This document shows, piece after piece, positions 11,447-24,640 of a stretch of DNA of 64,000 nt. The notes below the pieces were generated by a model. That model saw only the letters and a list, made by a program, of their open reading frames with translations. It was not told where the DNA came from and did not search any database. Both the position numbers and the translations under genes were made by a program. This stretch comes from Thalia democratica (lineage: Eukaryota): contig OZ241826.1 of NCBI GenBank assembly GCA_965202585.1, positions 46,004,001-46,068,000 of the forward strand. Direction: 5' to 3'. Positions within the stretch are counted from its first letter, which is position 1. Each line of letters opens with the position of its first letter.

Positions 11447-14400
11447 TTAACCAAAACCAAAATCTGTACAAGGCAACTTGTAGCTTAGTTAAAACTCAAT
11501 AAAATATGACTAAATTGTGAAATAAGTGATTTAACCCCCCTATGCCCATTTTATTGTGATTATTACATCTATTAGTACAGGCAGCACAAAATGAGACAAT
11601 ACGTCATTGATCCAACTTTTCCTAAACCATATTCAATGGACCACATTAAGTTTGATCAGAAAATTAAAGAAAAAAAGTTATTACCTTAATAAATTGCCCT
11701 ACTTGTATAAAAATGAGAAAACAATAAAGACTCAGTGGATAAGAATATATGTAAATGTCATTTTGTAAATCTGAAATCTAACCTTTATTGGAAAAAGGAA
11801 CTTTTTTTCAGTTTCGAATGAAAAAATTTACTACAATAGTAGTTACAATAATATTTCAAATTATACTAACTAAGTAGTTCAAAATATTGTAACCATTTAT
11901 AGCAACTATATTAGTTTGATTCTCTTCAGTGACGTATAGTGTTCATTGTTGGAGAAACAAGAATAAATTTTGTATAACTATTCTTTTACTATTCTAAAGC
12001 TTTCTTTAGTTTAATAAACAAATAAAGGCACTCTTACAATAAAATAGCAGAAAGTAAAAAGTAGTACTTTTGAAGTTTTAAAGCAAAAAAAAAATAAAAG
12101 TATAAAAAGTAAGTAAAACAGTAAACATACAATCTCAATTTTCTCCCTTTAATTCTAAAATTTTACGAGGATACGAGGAATAAGGATGGTACGAGACGAG
12201 GAAGCCTAGCAAATTTTCAAATTAAATCATTAAACATATTACACTGTTTTGTTTTTCGTTTAAAAAATACAGAATAGGATACACATTTCTAAGGTCTCTG
12301 TAATTCTTTTCTTAGTTTTTCTTTTTTCAGTTTAGGGCAAAGTCGTCATAAATAAAGTGTAATACACTTGTCTTTGTTTTATAGTTGCCAGGTTTATATA
12401 TAAAAAGGCCACTTAATTACACTTGCATAAGAACTTTAATTTAAAACAAACTCTTAATCAGTATTCATCAATCTTTATTTATAGAATTTTGTCAACTTAC
12501 CTTTGTAGTAGTAAAATTTAATCGTGTTTTGTTCTTAGTTAGATTTTTGTAAGACCTTTACAGGAGTTTTTCTCTCTATGGAGTAAAAATGCTCTTTTGT
12601 AAATAAAATCCAAGACTTTAAAAACTTTTTTTGAAACTAATAATTTTTGCTAGAAAAAGATATTTAAATTGTTAAAAAATATATTTGTTTCGTTTATCAT
12701 TTAGATAGCTACATGGACATGATGTAAAACTGTATTAAAGTGATGTACGTCTCAATAATCGTAAGGTATTTTCGTACACTAAGTCCTAAAACTAGATATT
12801 TTTAACGTTTTTTTTCCGTTTCATAAAATGTATATTACAATTGTACTAAAAACTAGCATGGTTCATTTAAAAGCTTAACAAAAATAACTTTCAATTAAGT
12901 CTACTTTACAGCTTTGGAAAAACTAAAATATTAGTTTAAATATAAATTTTTGATAATAAAATTTTTCTTTTTTTACTTTTATATACTTAATGGTTTGATA
13001 AATTGTGTAGTATATTAAGTTAATAAATATCTAAAATTTATAGCTTGCCTAAAGCATGCTTCCTGTTTCCAACTTATTAAGTCACGCCAAAGTCATTTTC
13101 CAACCAAATTATTTTTCATCTTATCGTTTTCAATCCAATAAATTCCTATTAAAATCAGTTTAGTTCGATCAACTAAAGTGCATCTAACTTCAATCGTATA
13201 AATTTATGCGCCAATATAAAAAATTTCAATTAGTAAGTATAAAAAACTGATAAATAACTTCCTATTTATCTTTGAAAGTTAAAGTAGTCAGTTTTTGTTT
13301 GGTTTATAAAATTTTCAGCGTGACAAAAACTTGCTTAGGTGCACTAGTTGTCGTATTTAAGGTTTTCAAGTTTACTATATAAACTTCTTGTATTAATGAT
13401 TTACAAAAAATCTTATTTTGTTTAAAAATAGAATTAAAATTATTTTACTGCTATAGTTTTCAGTTTCTGACAAAAAAGGTTTTTATAGAGGCCTTCTAAA
13501 CAACGTATTTACAATAAAAACTAATCATCTTCCAAATGAGAATACTAAAATAAAGCTTATTTATATAAGAATATTGTATAAAAAAATTCTTTAATGCAAT
13601 AATGCATGGTTTTATATTTAAATTTTATCCAAAGTTGCTGATGAAGTATAACTCAAAAGGGGAGACTTTGGCTAACAAGTTAAGGATGGAAACTGAACAA
13701 ATTTATTTAAAAGAACAAATATACTTACTTCCAAAAATACCTATTTTAAGTATATGATTAATAAAATTTATTAATATACTATGTTAGATAATTTCGTCTT
13801 TTAATTCTTAGTTAAAACTAGTTTAAACTTAATAACTTAGCTTTTAGTTGATTTAATCTAATGATAAAACATAAACTTTAACTACTTTTTAAGAAAGCAG
13901 TAATTTCTAAAAAAAAAAGGTATAGTTTAAATTAATGGTAGGCGGGTACACTCCTTCTATACCTAAAACAATTAAATAAGTAAAGCAGATTAATTTAATT
14001 CAAATTAATACAGTTTTGTAATTTAACTTTTATTTCTTAAGATTATCTAAAATTTAAAAGTAGATAGTTTTGTTTTCAAAAAGACTAATACTTTTAAATT
14101 ATCATTTACAATTAAAAAAAAAGTTATAAATAAATTAGTATTATAAGTTTTTACGTATAGTATTAGTTTTAAACTTTAACTATTTCTTATAAAAAAAAAA
14201 TTGGGCATAGTAAATTAAAGATTTTATTAAGGGTCTGGTAAACGTCATTATTACAGTAAAAGTAAACAACAAAGTTAGTAAATATACATGTAAAAATGGG
14301 AAACTAAAGTACTATTTTTACTGTATTTGTGAGCATATCAAGAAATAAATCGTATCTATAACCAGAATGTTTTAATTCACTATGTTATAACTCTTCTCAT

Positions 14401-14803
14401 TCAGTTTTATTTTTAACTTGATTTTATATAAGCATTGAGTTGTTAGGGTTATTTAGGGTTAGTACAGCAGTTAAAGATACTTTAACCACATTTTTATCTT
14501 AAAAGTTGCTTAATTTCTGAAATCATAAATTTTAGACTAAATATTTTTTTACAATTTTTTTTTTATTGATTCTTCTTAAAAGCAATTTTAAGATATATCT
14601 TTTTACGAATTAATTTTTTAACATACAAAAATCTCGTAGTGTTTGTGAAAAAAAGAAATACTTAAAACGATTTAAAGTAAAATCATTAAGTAAAAAAAAT
14701 GTATAACTTGTTTTTAAAGTGCGAAATTGAAAACTTCGTTTTTGAGATTTCGCTTGCGGCAAATGAAAGTGCTTCGAAGATTTTTTTTTGTTTATCCTAT
14801 TTA

Positions 14804-16098
14804 ATGGCAAACACCGAACGAAAAGCAATTTTGTACAGTTTTTTTGCAGGTTTTGAATTGTTGATTTTATTATTATGTACGTTTTCAATTTCTATGTCGT
14901 TTTTTTATGTTTTTCAATTTTAAAGCTTTAGATTGAGTTTTTTAGCATTTAAAAACTTGACTTAAAAATTTAATTTCTGTGTACGTAGATAAAAATTTAT
15001 AAACAATTTATTAACAGAGTTTTTTTATAACTTTGATGTTTTACGTTTATAAAATAATCAAGTTATATACAATCAGTTTTTTAGTTGTTTTATCGCTGAC
15101 GTTCTCAACAATTGGCTTCCTGAGAAATGACTGGGTAGTTTTAAAAAACAAAGACAAGGATGGAAATGTGACGTCAGCTGTTTATGGCTTGTGGGTTGGT
15201 GGACTGTCCGACCTAAATTGCCCTGAAACCCCTATTGATATTTGCTGTGAGAAAAACAAGTTTTTTTTGCCAAAAATTCATAAACAATTTTTTTAGAGAT
15301 AAACTATTGCATCAAAAATGTTTAAAAAAACATTCATAAAGCGTTAAGCACGATGTAGAAATTTAATTAATAAAACAAATATTTTCAAATAATTCAGCTA
15401 GAAAAAACTACTTACTTATGTGTGTTTTTTGGTTATAAGGATGAACTTTTTATTTAATTTTAGTATAAAAAAACAAAGTCTTTTGATATATTATTATTAC
15501 AGTACCGACGCGAGGATTCTTGTTTGCAAGCTTGACCATCATGCTGCCTTGCCTCATATCCATATCAACTTCTCTCGTAGTGTACCTGACCAAAGGCAAC
15601 CTGCGTGTTTGCGCCAACTCGGCTCGAGTTTCTGCTGTTTTGCTGCTTGTATCCGGTGAGTATGATATCAATAACTTAGCGGTCTGTCTAAAAAAGTACA
15701 ATTTTCTAATAATTAAAATTATAATGTTCTTCGGTTTTAGATTTTATGTTTTTAGTACAAACTTTTGAAAAGTTCAAGTTACTTAAAAGGTACAGAAAGT
15801 AAATATTACACTAATTAGTTCTATCATTATTTTGTTTTAAGTAACACTTATTGTAGAGAATATTTATTGTAGAGTGTTAGTAGTTTTTTTTGTTAAACTA
15901 ATTTGTTCCATTCATCTTTTATCAGCTTGCAACCTTGTGATTGGCTTGTCAATTTTTACATCTTTTCACAATGGAACAAGTGAAAGTTTCATTGGATACC
16001 AATCATCGTTTTACTTATCCTGGATAGCTTTGTTTATGAGTTTAACGGGAACCATAACCTCGTGTATGTTTACAAAAAATATCAAAGAACAGGCTTTG
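14804..16098 (+). CDS. Claudin/PMP22/EMP-superfamily tetraspan membrane protein (last exon unresolved)
   Basis: Exons 14804-14849, 15085-15246, 15503-15655, 15926-16098, phase-consistent. Protein MANTERKAILYSFFAVVLSLTFSTIGFLRNDW...YGLWVGGLSDLNCPETPIDICLPTRGFLFASLTIMLPC...SFYLSWIALFMSLTGTITSCMF: W-(x)n-GLW plus two Cys in loop 1, four hydrophobic helices, and an SFYLSW motif before TM4. Confidence 0.8.
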
Positions 16099-18300
16099 GT
16101 TAGTTTTGTATTGGTTAAGAAACATCTTGTCATAGCTAACTCGAAAAATTAGATAGTATTTACTTTTGAGGTCTCTTTACATTAAATTAGCTTAAATTTA
16201 AATTTAAATAATTTTAAAAAGGTACATCACGTTGTGGGTTTTAAGGATTTTGTTATTTTTACTTACTAATATTTAAAAATGTCTGTACAAATGTTTAAAC
16301 TGAATTATCCTTTTTAAATAAGGAAATTATTAAAAATTTATTTTTCTATTTGAAAATTTAAGATGTTTTTCAAATAAATATGAAATCGTTAAAACTTTAG
16401 ATTTAGTTATTTCAGCATCAAATTATGAAGTATTTAATTAATAGTTTTTCAACTGAAATATTCAAACCTTACAATGTGTAAAAAATCCAAAAAGTACCTT
16501 TATATTACTATAAAAATTATATTTAAAACTTTCAGAAAAATAAAAAGTTTAAAGATAACTCATTTTAATCAATATTTGAAAACATGACTGCTTCAAGACT
16601 TGATGAAAACAAAGTGTAAACTACCATACGTGTTTTTGATAAAATATATCTTTTTATAAGCATATTTTGACTTTTTTGATGTCTAGTATAGTTTTTTACT
16701 TGTATAGTTTAAACTTTTACATTCTAGTTTAAACACTTACTTACTATATTGAATTCTCTAATTATACAAGGATGTTGTTTTCATGATCTAAAGAGTGAAA
16801 TAGCTTTAATTTAAACAACTTTAAACTTTTATGACATGATTTAAGTTGAAATATATCAAATAGAAATATTAAATTTTATAGAAAAACTTTCTATTTCTTT
16901 CTTGAAAATATGAATAAAATAATAACTATTAAATTCATAATACATATCTTAATCTAAAAAAAAAAAAAAAAGAGTTTTAATAAAATATAACGTGCAGTTT
17001 TTAGTTATCTACACACAGAGTTAAATTTATTCTTTTATTTATTAGATGTACAATATGATTTTACATTGAAGACATTTTTTTACACTACATTATAATTTTT
17101 AAAGTCATTTATCTTGAACAAAAAAATCAGAATTTATAGTTTAAATAAAATTTCCTTTATACACTATAAAGTAAATTTATATTCAAAAATTCTTGTAACA
17201 AAATTATTTTTTTGAAAACAAAGTTTTACACAGTGAGCCTTTTTATGTTCTGTAATCAATTTTTTTAAGTAAAAAAATACTTTTTTCTATTATATAGTTG
17301 TTGACTTAAAGATCAGTTTTAATTACTATTAAAATATAAAAAATGTGTAAATATATATACCAGTAAAATCTTTAATTAGGGAAACAGCTTTTTAAATAAC
17401 TAAAAAAAATACTTTTTTATATTATTATTTAATTTAGCTGACCATGATAATCTATTTCGCACGAATTACTGTTTTGTATAGTTTTGTAAAAATTCCTGTT
17501 TACGAGAAAACTGTCTACTGGTAGCAAATGAAAATAAATTAAGTAGCTAACTTTTCCGCTTTAAAACATCTTGTTTTATAAACTCTAAAGTTATGTTTTT
17601 AATACATTTTAAAAACTATTTAGCTATGCTTGTACTTCGGACGTAGTTTGGTCACAATTTTTGAATTAACAAAAAAACGCATACAAATCTAAAGGCTAAG
17701 CGTTTGAACTTAGCTAATGAAGTGTAGAATGAGTGTAAAAAATGACTTTTAAACTATCTAAAAACATTGACTTACAATTATAGAGTTTTGACAAGACACA
17801 GTTTTCAAGTGCATGCATAAAAATGATTACATGACAAATTCATGACATTTTAAATGGTTTAAGATAACCTAATAACTATTAAACCTAACTACTGAGTGAT
17901 CAATATTTTTAATAGAAAAATGACTATGTTGACTTAGAAATTGAAAATTATTAAACTAAATTGGTTTTTGGTTTTAAAAAAGTTACTCGCTGTTACGTAC
18001 ATTTAGTTAATTAGTTCAAAAGTTTAGTTTTAATAATAAAAATGCGATAAAAAAAACACAATAACACAAAAAAAAATTGAAAAAGCAATAACTCAAAAAA
18101 AAAAAATTTACTGTTTAAAAAATAATGTTATTGTTTTATTTTATCTTTAAAAAAATTTTAGTTTGTAAATTCAAGGTAGTACTTTTATTTGAAGTTTTAT
18201 TAACAATTTTTTTTATAATAAAATCAAATGTATTAATATACGAATTTAGTAATAAAAAAATATTCACCTCAATAGTTTACTAAATGAAATATTGTTTTGT

Positions 18301-18598
18301 TCATAATAGCTTTAAATGTTTTACTAGTCTTCGTTAGTCTTTGTTATGTGTTTAAGTACAGTTTGTTAACTTAAGCTAAGCCTTGATGTCTCCATTAATT
18401 CTTTTTTTTTAGAATTTCATCGTAAGTAAGAATATCATTAACCTCATTAATTTACTGAACAAAGTTAGATTTTTAGTTACAATGAAATTCTGATAAAATA
18501 AACATTTATGGGATATCTAGGCTTAGCTAAAGTTAACAAACTATATTTAAACACAAAAAAACTAACGAAAACTAGTAAAACACTTAAAGCTATTATGA
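18301..18598. repeat. Imperfect long inverted repeat (MITE-like hairpin)
   Basis: Arms 18301-18420 and 18482-18598 are reverse complements (TCATAATAGCTTTAA..TGTTTTACTAG..TTTGTTAACTT.AGCTAAGCC); 61-nt loop. Confidence 0.75.
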
Positions 18599-18905
18599 GT
18601 TAAACTATTAAAAAAATCATTAACGAACTATATTGAAGGTAATAAAAGCTTGTTAATAAACACTAATGATAAATTCTACCTACTGAACAAAGTTGTAAAC
18701 GTTAAATTTGATAATTAATCTTAAAATAAAGTAAAAATGTACAATTAAGAATAAATAATAATACTAGCTTTAATATTTATAAGTGTTGTAACCCTATGGG
18801 TTTTCAGTTGAAATAAAACAGAATTGCATTTATGAGATATATATTTCTAATTTTTTTGATAATATTAGAAATATTTTATTATCAAAGAAAAACCAAAAAA
18901 TATAA

Positions 18906-21900
18906 TCATAATCTGGTGGATTTATATGTTAAGCAGGTTTCCTCTTGCTCACCTTTCGATGAACTACTTGGTGAAACTTGTACAAACGTCCGTTTCTAAA
19001 AATAATAAAATTTTTACTTCTACTTCATTTAATAACTTTTATTTGTAGTATTTAAAGAAAATTATTAAAGAAAAAGTAAGCTACTATGTTTGAAAAAATA
19101 AAATCAAGTCTATGTGAAAATTAAATAAGTAAGTGTTGTAATGGTAGCTATATGAAAAAAAAACTACAATGCATTAATACATGTTATAATTGTAAGCAGT
19201 CTAAATTGCATAAAGCAGAAAAAATAGTTTTATAGATCAATATAAAACGAGTCTTAAAATTAGTAAATTATTCTTTGAACTTTAATTATTTCAGTTATTA
19301 TGAATAAGTTTTTTTTTTCAGTTATTATTAAAATTTATTAAACATTATTTAAAATTGAAAAAAACGATTGTTGTTATTAAAATTTCTTAGCATAACTTAC
19401 AAGAATATAAAGTTTTTTTTAGTACAAATTTTAAAAATTTAACCTGACTAAGGTTTAAGTTGGAACATGTTTCATTGTTGTTTGTTTTAGACTGTGCAAC
19501 TTGTTGTCCATCAGATTGGTCTTCAACATCTTCATAAGTTTTTGTTGTATTAAAACTCGGCACAACGTAAATCAAACTTGCTATAGCCCCAGCAAACTAT
19601 AAGTTCAGGTCGTTTTAATCGTTAATGATTTGATACATTGGGTTTAAAAGTTATAAACGACAGATCGAAATAAAACTTGCTACTTACTTCTATTTTTAAG
19701 ATATGGAAAAAAAAAGTAACGCTAACTGCTTTATATTTATTTTAGGTAAACTTTAAAATTTTGATTTAATGTTTTGAATTTAAGATTTTTAGTTTAATTG
19801 TTTTTTTGGTATCAAACTAAAATAATTGAAGTTCTTTTGATCAAATAGACGAGTCATTAAAGATTTTATTTTGGAATACTACTTAACCAATTACTCATAA
19901 AATAGAAAAAAATTATAATCTACAACATTAAAAAGCTAGTTTTTGTAAAGTATATTTTAATTGAAATTGATTAGAAGCGTTTAATAACATTCATAAATTA
20001 TCATCTAAAAATATCTGCACTATAGAAAAAAAAATGTTACTATTACTGTTGTATAATACTAGTTTTACTTTTAGATTAAAATAAATGTATTTACATAAGA
20101 TAGCTCAACAGCTACCTTTTTAAAAGTAAAAAAAAACTAACAAAAACTGAAGACAAAACAATTAGTATAAGCAAAGGAGTATACATCAACACGTTTATAA
20201 GTCCAAAAGCAGCTTTAATTACTGACTCTAAAAAGACCTGTTATTGTTTAAAATAGATTATTGAAACAATGAATAGTTGTTTATCAGAAGTAGAAGAAGT
20301 TTAGAATAAGATTTTGAATAAGTAGAATCTAGTCCCAAAATATGTATAGATTTATTCATTCACTAACTTACTTATAAAACAGTGCTTAACTAAACTTATA
20401 AGATTCGCAGTTAAAATAAACATTTTATTCAAATAGAACTTCATTTATCTTAATATTTTAGTGAAACATTGCCTCTTAAATAGATTCATGGATCAATAAA
20501 ATTTGTAATTTTCTCTTTGAATAAGTAATTTACATTGAGTAAACTTATTGTTATTCTTGTAACAAACTTAAAGTATGCAAAATATATATAATAAAATGGT
20601 AAGCTACTTGCATTGTGTAATGAGACGAATAGGTCGTATTCAGTCGATCTAGGTTGGTGACCAGCCCTTATAAACTTCTTCTTGATAAGATTTAAAAGTT
20701 TTTTTGCATCCTTCAAAACTTGATCAAAATGCTTTTTCGTTCTAGGTTTTAACGCCTAAGACATAAGTTACTTTAATAAATTTCTACAACTATTATAATT
20801 ATAAAACACTAGTATAGCTTGTGACAAAGCAGTTTTTAAAATTAACATTTTTCAATTCTTTAATTGAGCGCTTATTAGCATTTTGTATTTTCAAAGGTTT
20901 ATAAAAAAAGCTTACATAATATATATACGTTTACAGCAAAATCATTTATTCTATACAATTTTAATTATTTGTTTTACATATCTAAGTTAACTTTGCTTTA
21001 TTTATTAAAAATGCTTTAACTAACCATTTTAATCAAGCTAACATAGTCAGTTTCTGATTTGTTACTTTCATTACCTCTTAGAATTTGTGAATATTTAAAA
21101 GCTATGAAGATGAAGGTTGTAAAGGTTAAAAGTTGAACAAGTAAGTGAATCACTGCAAAAAGTTTTCTTTTTCGCTGAAATATTATCATATAAGCTAAAT
21201 TATAGCGAATCAAAAAAAGTAAGTGAATCACTGCAAAAAGTTTTCTTTTTCGCTGAAATATTATCATATAAGCTAAATTATAGCGAATCAAAAAAAATAA
21301 ACTTTGTTGAACACTTTTAAAGCGTGTTTAATTATTTTTTTTTTCCAAAAATGATTGTACTGATAATAATAAAGCTATAAAAAGGTTACTTTTTTAATAA
21401 TTAGTTGTAGTATAGCGAAACACTTGAAACATGGTTGCAATAGAAAAAAAAAAGTTAATTTAGTTAGATAAACATAAAATATTTACTACAAAGAAAACTA
21501 ATAAATTTAAATTACAAAAACTAAACTATTCTTAACTAAGTTTTTTTTTGCTGTGTAACTGTTTTAATAAAAACAAATACATTTAACAAACTACTTACTT
21601 TGACTTCATATGTAACTGCTATTGGTAATAGAGCTAAGAAAAGTGAAATAACAGAAGCAACGATAATGTATGTTTTAATATTTTTCTCTTCATCTGAAAG
21701 TTATTATTTAAAGCAAATATTTAAAAAATAACAACCAATCTATCAAAAATTAAAACCAAAAATGTAATGAAAATTTTATAAAAAAGTAGTGAAAATTGTC
21801 AAGTTAACTTTTTTAGTATGTAAGATAATACTACATTAAACTATTTTCGTTCTGCATTATTTTTATGAAACAAACAAAATTTATTCATTATGTTTTTAAA

Positions 21901-22666
21901 TAGCTGTAGCTTACTTGTTAATTCAAAATCTTTTGTTGGCCTACCTCCTGGAATTTTGTCACAAATCAAACAAGGTAAAAAGTAAGCAACTAATATACTG
22001 AAAATTACAGCATAAAATATCTGTTCAAGTTTGTGTGTTTTATAATTTTTTATGAAGTTCATAGAAAAAAAACTCAAATAGTTAAAATAAATAAATATTA
22101 TTATTTTGTAAAAATTATAAATCTTATTAATTCAATACTAACGAAACCATTTTGCTTAAGCGCAGTTTAAATACTTTTAACTATTTTAATTTTTTAAAGT
22201 TTTTAGACTTAGTTAAACAACGTTATTACAATTAATATACTTTCAATAAAAAAATAAAGCAGAAATGTTGCTATAGCATAGTTTAATTTTTTTAAGTCAA
22301 TACTTGTTTTAGGTTAATACAGTGTAAAAATTTAATTAGTTTCTTTATATTGTTTTTAAAAATATTTGTTTTCAGTTTTGTAAACAGTCTTTGAATTAGT
22401 ACGTTAGAGTCATATCTACTTTAGATAAACATATGGTTTTTAACTTTTTTGTTTTACTACATCTTCATTAATCGTAAAGCATTTTTAAGGATGTAGTTAT
22501 TAAGTTATAACAAAATAATAGTAGCAAAAAAATAAACAAAAAAACAAAAAATTTCTAAACTAACAAACGTAAATCCTGCTGTGATCAATGTGCAAAATTG
22601 TGCATTCGACAAACTTTTTTGATTTTTATTTCGTCTACTAGTTTTTAGTCCTTTTACTTGAAGCAT
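18906..22666 (-). CDS. Multi-pass membrane protein of unrecognised family (about 320 aa)
   Basis: Exons (- strand): 22666-22569, 21997-21915, 21693-21599, 21174(or 21252)-21043, 20755-20608, 20227-20142, 19919-19883, 19728-19688, 19596-19444, 18995-18906 (TGA). All are GT-AG and phase-compatible; boundaries of the middle exons are uncertain. Hydrophobic segments: CTLITAGFTILVAYFLPCLI, YIIVASVISLFLALLPIAV, LFAVIHLLVQLLTFTTFIFIAF, AFGLINVLMYTPLLILIVLSSVF and FAGAIASLIYVV. The protein ends KSTRL. Confidence 0.65.
21139..21294. repeat. Perfect 78-bp tandem duplication spanning a splice acceptor
   Basis: Units 21139-21216 and 21217-21294 (AAGTAAGTGAATCACTGCAAAAAG...TATAGCGAATCAAAAA) are identical. 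Confidence 0.95.
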
Positions 22667-24640
22667 TGTTACAACACAGATATTAATATTTTTTAATTAA
22701 TGATATCTGCATAAAAAGTGATGTTATTATGTTCTGTGATTATTTAGTAAAATTTAATTTGTAGTTTAGGTAGAAAAAGTACATTTAAACTATGAACAAC
22801 ATAAATTCGAAAGGAAAAAAGTTTAAGCCTTGTATGTTTTTAAAAATATTTACGCATTTTAGAACTGTGTAGTTTATAATATCGTTTTGAAAAATTTAAA
22901 ATAAATTACAAGTTTTTAAAGAATAGCGATAAATCATTGATTTTCTATTTTTTATACTTTATGAATTATGATATTATTAGTAACAATGTTAATTAGAGTT
23001 TTTGATTGTAATTATATATTAACATTTAAGAGTTTTTTATAGTTATAGAAACAAAAGTATTTTTCTTACAGAAAATAACTGCAAAAAACTATTTTGATAG
23101 TGTTGGTTAAAAAAATAACTACTTGAAATTAAAGCTTTATACTTCTATACAACGAAACTAACAATGTTTTACAAAACAAAATAAGTTTTCATGATATCCT
23201 ACTAAATAAAGGTTTATCTTATGGCATAAAATTAGAGTAAGTGCAAAATGTGTATTCAATAATAGCTAAGTATTTTTATACATTTATAAAATTTTACTAA
23301 GTTTTACTATTATTAAAACAACTATATAACTAACTGAAAACTATTTACTAAAAAAAGAACCCAGAATTCAAATATGTTTTGCTAAAAAAGCTATTTTTTT
23401 TACAAACTAAATCATCTGATAATGTAAAAAAAATGTAACTAAAAAATATTTATAATTAATTTACAATTTTTGTTTTTCTGTAAATAGTGATTTTAATAAA
23501 CCAAAATTAAACTAAACATGTATTGTTAAAATAAACATCGATTTCATTCGTTAAAATATTTATTAGTTTGTATTAACTTTAATTGATATTTATCAATTTG
23601 ATTTAGCGCAATTCCCAAAAGTATTTACTTCTTATATATTACCTACTGAAAATCAAAAAGCTAAAGTTGAGTATGCATATAACAACTTTTTTCAAAACTC
23701 GTATAAGATAATTCTTTTCTATTATTTCATAAAACCATGTTTATTTTATTGAACATAAAAAATAAATAGAGTCTGTTAAAACCTTATTCAAATAGAATTG
23801 AAACTTTTATTTGACTAAAGTTTAAACAATTTCCATTTATATGTTGTAAAAGTCGTATGATTAACATTTAAAAATTTAATTAGATTTTCATTAACCACTC
23901 TCAATGAAATATATCTTTTTACTGTTTAAGTAATTTGTTTGTGTATGCATTATTGTCTTTAAGAATAATTAGTTGGTATTAAGTAAGAGACTAATTTTCA
24001 TGTCTGTTAGTTTTAAAGTTAATATTTAGATTTGTCTAACAATTATAACAGCACAGTGTGAAAATTTACAAATTAAATAAATAATCTTTACTTAGGTTTT
24101 AAATTTTTACTTTTCAGTAATTTATACTTTGAATTTAAACGACTAACAAGTAACAAAAGTCCTTAATAATCTAATTAAACAAACTTTTAAGTTTGTTCGA
24201 CAGCTTTTAGTTTTTCCATTTTTAGTTTGTTTGTATTAAAATCTGAATGAATTACAATAAAACTTTTAAAATTATTTTTTTTTATATTTATCAAATATAA
24301 CCCTTCGAGCTTTAACTATGCTACTTTCTCCATTTCAATTTTTAACAGTTTTGGTTAAAGTAAATTTACAAACTAGAAACCTAGAGTAAAGGCTCGAAGT
24401 TCAAACCTAGAATTGAACAAAAAATATATGGGTATAAGTTTATGCTACTTTTGCTTTTTGGATGTCCTAAGTGGTTTGTTTTGAAAGAATGGTTACTTCA
24501 GATAAGCTTTTATAAATAAAAAAATGTAGTATTTAGCTATTTTACAAAGTTAAACCTAGACAAGCGAAATATACGTCGAGAAAAATAGGTTGTAGCAGTG
24601 TTTTTCTTGGAGAAGAGGGTATGTACTATGTAGTTTAACT

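Noticed and set aside
12495-12600. - strand AAG|GTAAGT at 12501 as a non-coding first exon of plastin
   Set aside because: Plausible, but it rests on a single hexamer; there is no supporting acceptor or TSS evidence without cDNA.
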